DNA from: Lingula anatina
Lineage: Eukaryota; Animalia; Brachiopoda
NCBI GenBank assembly: GCA_051362555.1
Contig: CM120640.1
Coordinates: forward strand, 15,562,001 to 15,626,000
Direction: 5' to 3'
DNA: 64,000 nt
The notes under the pieces were generated by a model, which saw only the letters and a list, made by a program, of their open reading frames with translations, made no database searches and was not told the origin of the DNA. How positions within the stretch are numbered: the first letter of the stretch is position 1; each line of letters begins with the position of its first letter. The position numbers were made by a program, and so were the translations under genes. Positions 13,001 to 23,564 of this stretch are shown here, one piece after another.

Positions 13001-16000
13001 GCATTGGTCAGAATTGTGCCGGAAGTGACGTGCAGTGGTGTTAGAAACGAAGCTGAGTGGTCATTTTAACATAGAGGTGAACGGCAGTGAAGACGGGTTG
13101 TCGGAGGAAAAAGAAGTTTTCTAAACAACATGGTAAGATAACTCTCTTTTTTTACGCATTTTGGGCAGAGAAAACTTGTAGAAATAATAAATGCATGATA
13201 TGAAAACGTGACACGGAACTTGAAGGTGCAAAATCGTGCTTAATTTGCGGTCAACTTGTTTAGAAATAAATGCTTCGTCGACCGCCAGCGCGACAAAAAG
13301 CGTAAAGGGGAAATAATTCCCGGGAGTCTATAAATCGTTGTCATGTGGAAATTTGGCATTAATATAATCCGATATGTCCATATCTAAGTATTTTTGGGTG
13401 TTTTATGGTATGGGCTGCAATTACAACGATGTTTTAGAGGTCTTGAAGGGCCTTGTGAAAACCAGGAAGTAGTTCGTAACTAACAAGTGGAATGTACCGA
13501 TCTCCGACTGCTGTGCACAGCTGTATCTTTTTTTCAATATATTGACGAATTTTTAGATCTTTATATGTCCATCTGGCATGAAATTCCACACACATGATCA
13601 CACTGATATACCTTTTACACTGGGGAAGGCGCTAATCAGTGACAAATGCCAAGACAAAGGTGACATTCTGACAGCCTCTTATCTGAGTTAAAAATCACTG
13701 ACAAAAGAGACTGGCAATCAATTTCCTCAGGCTGGCAATCATTAGCCTATAGAAATTGGTCATGTTACATCTTATCTACCTGTGAGAATCGTTTTACCAA
13801 CTGAGTATTGCATAATAATGTCAATTATAAGTACTTTGAGCTAGTCTTAATTACCTGTCAGCTCACCTGAATTCTCTTTTTGTCTTTTTGGGTAGATCTT
13901 GTCAGTGAAATGTTTTATTTGTCCTGTGACAAAAATTCGTCAATATATTGAAAAAAAGATACAGCTGTGCACAGCAGTCGGAGATCGGTACATTTCACTT
14001 GTTAGTTACCAACTACTTCCTTGTTTTCACAAGGTCCTTCAAGACCTCTAAAACTTCGTTCTAATGTGCAGCCCATACCATAAAACACCCCAAAAATACT
14101 TAGATATGGACATATCGGATTATATTAATGCCAAATTTCCACATGGCAACGATTTACAGCCTCCAGGGAATTATTTTCCATTTAAACTCTTTGTCACAAT
14201 GGCCGTCGATGCAACATTCATTTTAAAACAAGTTGACCGCCAATTAAGCACGATTTTGCACCTTCAAGTTCCTTGTCACGTTTTCATATCATGCATTTAT
14301 TATTTCTACAAGTTTTCTCTGCCCAAAATGCGTAAAGAAGAAGTGTTATCTTACCATGTTGTTTAGAAAACTTCTTTTTCCTCCGACAACCCGTCTTCAC
14401 TGCCGTTCACCTCTATGTTAAAATGACCACTCAGCTTCGTTTCTAACACCACTGCACGTCACTTCCGGCACAATTCTGACCAATGCTGATCTTCTCCGGT
14501 TCCCTTTATTGGGATCTTCCTTTTTCAGAAGGTCAGTTAGTTGTCACTTGGAGGATCTTTGATCTCACACACACTGTTTATTCATTATTATTTGTGGTGA
14601 CTATATTGAAGGTATCTGCTGTTTTTTGTATGATTCCAACTCAGATGTTCTTGCACTTTCTCTTAAATGACCAGGTTATGCCAAGAAAAAGTCATCCTAT
14701 GATATTTCCAATCTACAACAGGTGCATATACAGCGTGCTGATAATAATAAGTTATTTCTTTTCCAGGTGGCATGATGCTATGGATTGCCTTTGGATTCTT
14801 ACAAAGCTTTCTTGGAGGCATTCCTTGGTTACAGTTCTTTTACTTGTTGTCCTATATCAAAATTTTAGTCACTGTTGTGAAATATGCACCTCAGGTACGT
14901 AAAAGGAGAATACCATTTCTGACAGTAAATTTCTGACACAGTCAAAAATTGGAAGGTATTGCCAATTGTGTAAACTTGAAAAATTCAGAATATTGTTAGC
15001 GAGCAATTTCAAAGGGATGGGAGTGGGGGTCTGAGAAGTTAACCTTTTTAGTGCCATAGAATCTAGATCAAAATTTGATTCAGAGTGGACCTTTTCCTGG
15101 CCAAGAGGACTTTTCATTCAAACCCAATGAACCTGTATTGTCTGCTCCCATGAACAATTGCCAATTCAAACTTTTCATTAAAACAGTGCAATAAATGTTG
15201 AAAATGATGCGAGAAGATTTACTGGACCAATTTGACCCCAATTATTAATTTAACATTAAATTTGGACAGTATCACTTCATAAGTGAAAGATTTACCACAA
15301 AAAGGACTGTTTGAATTATTGGACAAACTTCACATTACCAAATTTGCAATTAAGTTTGAAGTTTTAGTACACATTTCCGTGCATTAAAAAAATACATAAA
15401 TTCTTTTCAGTTTGTCATTTTCAATATAAACATGAAAAGATAGAGATAAAAAATTACTTTACTGTTTTTAGGTATACCTGAACTATAAACGGAAAAGTAC
15501 AAAAGGTTTCAATGTAACAGCAGTCATTATGGACTTCGCTGGCAGTGCAGCTAATAATTCACAGATGTTTATAGATGCTTTTGATAATGGTGAGCAAGAT
15601 TTCATTTCTAAAATCTGTCATTTAAGAGAATCTTTTGTGAGTATATTGTTCTTAAAGATGCCCAGCATAAGATTTCCTCACTAAAAACTCATGCTTTCCT
15701 GATGTAAATGGGGTTTTCCTCTGACTAACCCATCTTTAAACCCCCTTTCCTAACACCCACCATATCTCTGTAACAATCTTGGAAAATAAAAAAACCTTCA
15801 AACTCCACCATCCCTTCATGCAGTGATTGCCCGGTTGTATGCAGTCCTAAAAATGGGTCAAAATAATTAATAGGTGTTGGTTTGCCAGGAGATGATTTAT
15901 TAGAATATTTTTGACCCCATTAATTCATGGCATTCATCTGTTAAGAAATTATCAAAAAGTATTAGTTATTCTTTCATAGTTCATAAGAAATTTTTTTAAA

Positions 16001-16259
16001 GTAAAAACCTGTGTTTAAAATCTTAGGCTTGGTCCCCTAAATGCATATGAATGTATATAGTAGTTTGTCATACAGTTTTACTGTGTTGTTTGTAAATTAT
16101 CGTGAATTATTAGTGTATTAAAGTTCTAATTTTTATCTTTCAGATGACTTAAGTGAGGTGTTTGGAAATCCAGGAAAACTACTACTTGGATTGATATCGA
16201 TGGCTTACAATTTGATATTCATGGGGCAGCATTTCTGCTTATATAAAGCAAATTCATAG
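8272..16259 (+). CDS. CTNS: Cystinosin-like PQ-loop transporter; exons 8272-8470, 9628-9703, 10476-10908, 11312-11474, 14767-14894, 15472-15589, 16144-16259
   Basis: Both PQ loops (WTVSFYPQVYTNWKLKSTAGLSYDF; VKYAPQVYLNYKRKSTKGF), PVKVNDV, YDRGGQ, FGNPGK, QHFCLY; all junctions GT-AG with matching phases; stop TAG 16257-16259. Confidence 0.9.
10011..10064. repeat. (TG)n microsatellite preceded by a poly-T run
   Basis: Direct reading. Confidence 0.95.
11590..11846. mobile_element. Degenerate palindromic MITE (PIF/Harbinger-like), copy 1
   Basis: Left arm CCCCAATGAAA..AGATTGATCAAACTC..GATTAACAC is the inverse of GTGTTAATC..GAGTTGGAACAATCT..TTTCACTGGG; internal ATCACCAGCTTTTCTGTATT is shared with 12612-12631. 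Confidence 0.6.
12268..12763. mobile_element. Related MITE copy 2, interrupted by a nested MITE
   Basis: Arms and internal motif homologous to 11590-11846. Confidence 0.55.
12382..12596. mobile_element. Nested PIF/Harbinger-type MITE with TAA TSD
   Basis: TAA at 12379-12381 and 12597-12599; TIR ATTCCCAGAG..TAGATCGATCTA / TAGATCGATCTA..CTCTGGGAAT. Confidence 0.75.
12977..14510. mobile_element. Foldback DNA element with ~575-bp near-identical inverted arms (Kolobok-like AG...CT ends)
   Basis: AATAAAGGGAACCGGAGAAGATCAGC at 12977 and GCTGATCTTCTCCGGTTCCCTTTATT ending 14510; arms extend to ~13555 and from ~13931. Confidence 0.9.
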
Positions 16260-17123
16260 TACATTTATAAACATAGTAGAGGGAAAAACTAGAGATTTGG
16301 TCATGATATCCAGGGATAGGGAAAGGGAACAGCTCGACATGTTATTTATGGTAACAGAGTCAGTGTCATCATTCCATGTTTTCATGCTTGTGATATTAAA
16401 TTAACAATGTATTTATAGGTGAAATATTATTTCTAATAATATTGATAAGATTTAAAATTTAAACCCATAAACAACTAAAGAATTATTGTTATTATAATTA
16501 TTATAATAATTATTATTATTATAAGTAAAAATAGTTTAAAGCTTTTGCTGAAAAAGAGAACAAGGTTATATCTTAAACTTATGCATTCTTGCAGTTGCAA
16601 TTATTTTGATGCAATCTTTATTTAAAAAAAAAACCTTTGCAAGTATATTTGTCTGCTAGTTTTTTGTAGTCAATTTTTTGTCTGGCGTTAAAGCCACAAT
16701 TTTTGAGATTTTTGTTTCATATTTTTCTTTGTAGATAGATTATGGACCCAGGATGAACTTATTTTACTTTCATAAGGATTAGATTATGATTGGTAATATA
16801 TTAGAATTTAATACTCTAATTTAATAAGACAGACATCTGCAAAGAGAGAGTACATGAATAAATGAAGTGTTAGACACAGTAAAATTGATTATGCTGTCAC
16901 AAGGCCCATTAGTGATCTGTTGCTGTAACATGGGAATGTTTTTATGATCACTATACCACTGTTGTAATTTGAAATAATGAATGGATGCTAACATAATTTG
17001 TTTACAGTACTTTAACAAACATTAGCCCTTTTTTTAAGCTGGATTCAGAAATAACTATCATGTAAAATGCTCAGATTTCCAGTACTCTCTTTTTCTTTTG
17101 TTTTCACACAAGAAGTCAAACTT

Positions 17124-17440
17124 CAGGCCTACCCAACTACCAGACTCTGCACCGAATGATCCTGAATTCACCGGTAGATCAGACCACACTACCCGTTTTC
17201 AAGGTGTGTGTCAGATCGCATTACACAGTATCATACCCTGAACAAATTTTGAGTGGCGATGCAATGCTTTTCAACCCCACTGAGAATCGTCACTATCACA
17301 TCCCATACTAGGTAAGAGCGGTGTTGCATCTGATACTGTGTAATGTGATCTGACACACACCTTGAAAACGGGTAGTGTGGTCTGATCTACAGGTGAATTC
17401 AGGATCATTCGGTGCCCAATCTGGTAGTTGGTTAGGCCTG
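17124..17440. mobile_element. MITE with ~110-bp TIRs and 5-bp TSD
   Basis: CAGGCCTACCCAACTACCAGA / TCTGGTAGTTGGTTAGGCCTG; AACTT at 17119-17123 and 17441-17445. Confidence 0.85.
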
Positions 17441-18558
17441 AACTTCTGGTGGTCAAGTTAATATTTGATAGATCTTTTATATTATTTAAAGATTTTTAAA
17501 TAATAACTTTGGAAAGGATTATTCTGGCTGGCTGTAAAAATGTATTTCTTAATAACACATGACATTTGCTATAATATCTATCTTATTATAGACAGTTCTC
17601 TGAATCTTACTTTAAAAGTAGAAAAACAATTTTAACATGGCCAATTTAATCATCTTCTGATATCACAGGGGTCTGTAGTATAGCCTGTTATAAAAGTGAA
17701 AAAGTTTGGTCAGAGAGCAGCCTGGCCATAGGAACTTGCGCAATTCATTTTAACTATTGTCCTAATGTCTTTGAAAAAATTGTATTATTACTCTTTCCAA
17801 TATATAAATGAATTTAATGTTAATTATAGCTGATAAATTTCCGTCAAATTAATAAATACATATAAATAGCTGAAAAAAGGATTGTGTGTACTGGGTCACA
17901 GTTGTTAAATTGTACCCCCCAGTATATTAACCATGGCCCATAGGACTAAGGTATCTAGGGCTGTCTATTATGTCTTGAAGCAAGAATGTATTCTTGCTTG
18001 CAGTTACATTCATGTTTGTTATATCTTCTGTGTTATAGTTTGCAAGATCTTGCTCTATTGAGCAAATTTATTTAGATAATTTTAACTATTTGGAAAAGAC
18101 CATGAAAAAAATGTATCTGGGAGGTGTGTCAGGTCATAATTGTATATTTTGTAATTGCTATAAACCCAACAATGTGTAGAAAAGTGAGATTAATTATTAT
18201 TAATAGGAGACACTGTCATGTTATTGATGGCAACAAGGTCCATTAGTTTCACCTTCCATGTTTGGTGCTTATGATATTTTTATGCTTATTTTAAGGTGCA
18301 ATTATCGATAAAATATTATTACTAAGAATATTAGGAAGTTTTTCAATTTGTTCTATGGACAAATTATATATGTTTTGTAATATTTAAAAAAATATGCAAT
18401 TTATTTTTAACCTTTATAGGTAGTTACCTTACACTTTTTACTTATAATTTTCCAGGGGGGGGATAAAGTTTTTTTTCTACACGCAAATCATTGCTCAACC
18501 CATCCTGACACTTGGATATGATGCTTTATTCCATTTTTAATTTAAGAACTAATATGGT

Positions 18559-19227
18559 CACCCTGAGCTTCAGAGATAACTTGACACCTACCTCTTCACT
18601 ATAGCCTAGCTTCATCGTGTCAAGTTACCTCTGACGAAAATAGTTTGACCTAGTTTATATAAGCCAATCGAATCCAAGTTTCAAAATTTTTCACCAAAGT
18701 TTGGTGAAAACGCTGATTGGTTGACCGTCAATCGGTAATCCTCGGCTGATTCCGCAAGCTCCATACTAACAACAACGTTATTGTCGAGTGCGGAGACATC
18801 CGAGTAGTTCCGAGTGCATAACCGTACACAAAGAAAGCATGGCGTCTCCTACGAGTGACTACGAAAAATAATGTGTTAAGTTATCTCTTGATTCTTTGCA
18901 AAATATGAGTATATCGGAATTAAAACCAGAGCAGTTTGAGGCCCTGCATCATTATCTACTGAGGGATGATGTATTTTGCGTGCTGCCCACAGGTTACGGC
19001 AAGTCCCTGATATTCAGCCTTATCTTTGATTGGTCCGGATTTGAACAAAGCGCGCTTTGACTCGTTCGCGTTCATTGGCTAGATCGTTCAATGAGTCATT
19101 GAGTGCGGGATTTAAATTTGATTGGCGGGCGGCGGGAGCAATCGAATGTGGTCAGAGGTAACTTGACACGATGAAGATAGGCTATAGTGAAGAGGTAGGT
19201 GTCAAGTTATCTCTGAAGCTCAGGGTG
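18559..19227. mobile_element. Internally deleted TIR transposon with a RecQ helicase fragment (AcademH-like), 8-bp TSD
   Basis: ~75-bp TIR CACCCTGAGCTTCAGAGATAACTTGACACC...; TSD AATATGGT at 18551-18558 and 19228-19235; internal frame encodes LKPEQFEAL...DVFCVLPTGYGKSLIF. Confidence 0.8.
18839..19016 (+). pseudogene. RecQ-family helicase N-terminal fragment (motif 0 and Walker A) with a premature stop
   Basis: MASPTSDYEK*CVKLSLDSLQNMSISELKPEQFEALHHYLLRDDVFCVLPTGYGKSLIF; absent from the ORF track because it is too short. Confidence 0.85.
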
Positions 19228-21320
19228 AATATGGTTGGCCAAGTATTATACTTGTTATATAATAAGTCAAGCATGGCTTGTCTACTAAGTTCAGAGCCTC
19301 TAAATCTTTTAATTATTTGCTTTGGCCAAATGCTTTTTTTTTTTTTTTTTTTTTTTACAAAATCTTTTTTAAAATGTTTGAAGTACAAATTTTTAAACAT
19401 ATATCAAGTAGCAATTGGAAAAGGGTAAAGGTATGAGTAAACATAAGTTCCATGTGACCTCTGTCTAGAAAACTATGCAAGTATAAATATGAAAATACCT
19501 CAGAATAAATACTAAAATGTGTGGAAGCATTGACAAGAACAAAAATGTTTAAGACAGTAATGTATTGTACATGCATAATATGCCTTTTTTTTTTTTTTTT
19601 TTTTTGTTGTTGTTAATAAAATTTTGAAATGAGATTTCTCTTTTCTTACTTTCTTTCCTGTGCTAGCATTAATGAGTTTGCCTACAGAAAAGCAAGCAAA
19701 TTTTATCTAAGTCCTGCTTATATTGATGCAATGTTTATTTATGATTACATTTTTTACTTCTAGTACTTGGAAAAAGATAATGCAAACGTATCAGTAAGGA
19801 CATATTTGTATTTCTTGTAATTGATATAAACCCAACAATGTGTAGAAAATTCATTAATACGATAATGGAAACACGACGGTTACAATGTCTTTACTTTCTT
19901 TTCATATTCGATATTTTTTAAATTTTAGTTTTGTAAGGCGCATGGCTGTTTTATGGAATGGCGCACGTAAGGTTTTATTATAGAAGCGCGGATCCGAGTG
20001 CACTGAAATAATATACTGAAGTTTTAAAAGCTCGAAATCTGGGTATACTAAGAATTACATGTTTAAAGTTTTCCTAATTTATGCAATTTAAGTCATCCTT
20101 TATCTCAGTTTCAACTAGTTACACGTAGATCGTTCAAACGGTATATATCCATATGGTCGACATATCGATTCTCTTGATGAATTTGTTTCTAAAATGAGCT
20201 GAGTGATTCATCACTTGCGAAAACCAAGCCATAATGCCCCATTGTAACGATAAATGAACCCAATGAAAGGTATTAGAGGACAAAATACGGTCGATAATAT
20301 ATTAATGTTTCATGACGGTAATCCATAATGAAGGTGCAATCCCGACGCTCTTTTAAAATTTTCCATTTCAATGTCGCTGTGTTTAGCGGTTAAGATTTTT
20401 CCGCAGTACTTATCCTAAGACAATATGAAAAATATCTGTTCTACCACTTTTAACTGATAAAGCCCTCCTGAGAAAAAGAGAGAAAAAGCAATTCTTAATA
20501 GAATTCGCGTGGATTGGTATTACATGTACACACGCAAAATAAAAAAGGAGGGGAAGGAGATAAAAGAAAATCCTTATTTAAATATAAATTTAAAAATTAT
20601 GATATTAGTTGCGAATGCTGCTTAATTAAGTACGGGCGGTGATAGCTGCATTTTCAACATTTCTCTTTCATTTTATATTATAAACGCTGCATACCATATT
20701 TTGACATGACAGCTGTGTATTTAGTGATTGATTATAATTGTTTAAAACCATCCATGTTGGCTTTTACTTTCGAGGAGAGCAAGAAGGGGGGGGGGGGGAT
20801 TAACATGATGATTTATATTACAGCAAAGAATCTGCAGAGTAGAGTCGATCATTAATGCAGGGAAATAGGCCTAGACAGTAGACCTAAAAAGACGCGATAA
20901 GTCAAGGTATTAAATGATATGCATTATCGACTAGATAATCAGGTATGTGCCTGCTTATACAAAGCTTCTGAGTCAACCAGCAAGACAAGCATTAATTAAA
21001 TTGGAACAAAACGGTTTGAGGCAAATAACGTACAGACAGCTGAAGCAAATGGGAATGGTTACGAAACATATACCAAGAACGTAGTATATAAAACAGGTAA
21101 AACCATGAGCTCGAACAGTCGATAAGTCACATATGAGCTTGCAGCACCTTAAGAAAATGTTTGGTCTCCTTTGGCAACAATATGGATAATATTGGAAACG
21201 GATTGGAGATCTAATGGAATACATAGTCAGCACACTCTCCTGTTCCGCCCAAGCACAACTACGCCGGTTCCACATAATTCGACGTGCTTGTCAAGATAGA
21301 CAACTGGAGATTACACACAA

Positions 21321-21459
21321 ATGAAAGACTGGAAAGACGACTACGATCTATCGATGCACAGAAGAAATAACGTGTGGATGCACGACTGTCACGAGTCCTA
21401 CAGAGATCATGACGACATCATAGGAAGGGCAATTGGAAGTGCTTCGGAATTCATTCCAG
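21321..21459 (+). CDS. CDC14A: Cdc14 alternative first coding exon 1a
   Basis: [46 protein letters not shown]+G|GTATGC; ending homologous to exon 1b ([11 protein letters not shown]); phase 1 fits exon 2 at 23752. Confidence 0.75.
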
Positions 21460-23564
21460 GTATGCCCGACATCAGATTTACCTTATGAATTACTTATGTG
21501 AGGTTGTATAAACGGTACAACGTGACAAAATATCAATACTTTGAAACAATTTACATTTGTTGAAACCGTGTTGAAAGACTCCTAAGATAAATATTTTATT
21601 TATCGGTTAAAAATCCTGAGATTGAAGTACATATTTTATTTTTAATCGAGTATGATTATGGCAAAGAACAATCTTCAAAGCGCGGAAATATATAACATCA
21701 ATACAATACGCTACAACACAGGCAAACCCAAGATTTTGCTGTAAATTAATTTTTCTTCACTTAATGTAGAACAGCAATAGAGAACGGTCTACGGGGAAAG
21801 TTTTAAATATGTAGGGCACATAGATCGGTTATGCTTAGTTTCGTCGGAAGGGTTGAAGTTATTGTAGGGGATGCCTCCGAGGCTGACGGGAGGTAGTAAT
21901 GATGATGGTGGGAGAGTGTGTGTGTGTGTGGAGGGGAGGGGGGTGCTGGCATTGTCCAAGTGTGTTCATTCAACCTTGCTTCCACTTTTTTTAGACTTTT
22001 TTAAGCCAAAATTGTTTATTCGGCTATTTATTCAGCTTCCCCTTCCATGATATCATTTACTTCCAGCAATGATGCATTTAGGTAATTTTGAATGAAGATT
22101 GTTACGTGGCCGTCCAATATTACAATTTCCGAAAATACACAGATGATTTCTGAAGCAATACGCGGTTCTATGTGAGAAGAAGTGCACACGCACACATACA
22201 CTAACAGAATGGTCACAATCGCAATAGCTGTTGCGAAACAATCAATCACCGCTACCACAATGAAGAGAGTCGAGTATCGTTTTTGCAAAGAAGGCAGTGA
22301 TTTCGTCTACTAAGATTCATTCCAGGAAATAATGCCAGTCTTGCGGTATATGAGATACTTCTGTTAGTGATTCGTATAGGCGTTGTTGGTGACTTAGCCC
22401 TACTCTCCTCTTTTTTTTTTCTACCACACATCAGTCATAGGTACAGGAAGCAGGTCACTAGCCCCGTCGCTAACTTTTAGCCTCCCTCCCCCGGCCCCTT
22501 GAGCTTACAATTTGGATGTTTACGTTATATGTGTGTTTTTTAATTTATATCATTTTATTTCAACATTAAGAAGCGTAGATTTATTGGTTTTAATCCCCCT
22601 CCTCCCCATCAGTGCAAAGTAATGGTGGGCGGGTTTACATATTTAATTATCCAGACATTAACGATATATGTACAAAAAATTGAATATCCATTTTCCTAAA
22701 ACGCTATAATAAAATAATAATAATAAAAACGTTTTGAATGATACAATAACAAAAACCTACACATAATTCCAATTTCTCCCCAAAATGCCAAAAGTAAGTG
22801 TTCGCTCTGCTGAAATCAATCGAAAATTGGTTCGAAAATGTTTGATTGATGGTTGAAACAGTAATAAGCAGTTTTTAAATGCGTTAATTTTAATTTATAA
22901 CTCCTTATATACACTCCTTTTTAATTAATCACAAAGATTTGCAATTACACCGTCTAGGCTTACATCCACGAATTTTTATTCAACAGAGCTATGTGAACGA
23001 AGCGGGTACATCTGAAGGTCTCCTATAGGCCCTAACTCCTTTGGTGAACGAAATTGTCCCCAGATTTTGAGTTTCAGCAAAGAATGGTAATATATCTTAT
23101 CTGTTTTCCTCCACCTACAACATTGAGCACATGGTTTGTGTATTGAACATCATGTTTACATTAGCCATGTGAGTAAAATAGGCGTTTCATTGGCCTATTC
23201 CCTTTGTCGTCATAACAACGATTGTTGCACCCTAACCCATTGGTTCACCCCTAACCACGTGACAGCACTACCCTAACCTTCGAATTCGTTCAAACATGGC
23301 CGTTCATCGCGAGTGAGTAGGGATAACTTAATCGGCCGTGGAGAGTTCGTTTAGAGGCAAAGGGGCTGGTCCTCTATTTTTAACACCAAGGATGCATAGT
23401 CTGAACGGATGATACTGAAACATCGATCTGTCCTCCTTTAGATCTAGCAGACTATTGCGTTTTTTAAACGGGTCACGTAAACATACAAATCTGGGTCAAC
23501 ACTGAGTGATCCTTGGTTACTGTTAAAGTTAGGATAGAAGGGATACGGATACCTAACATCTTTC

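Noticed and set aside
22200-22350. Possible third Cdc14 first exon (contains TTCATTCCAG like exon 1a)
   Set aside because: In-frame TGA just upstream of the FIP codons and no GT donor after CCAG
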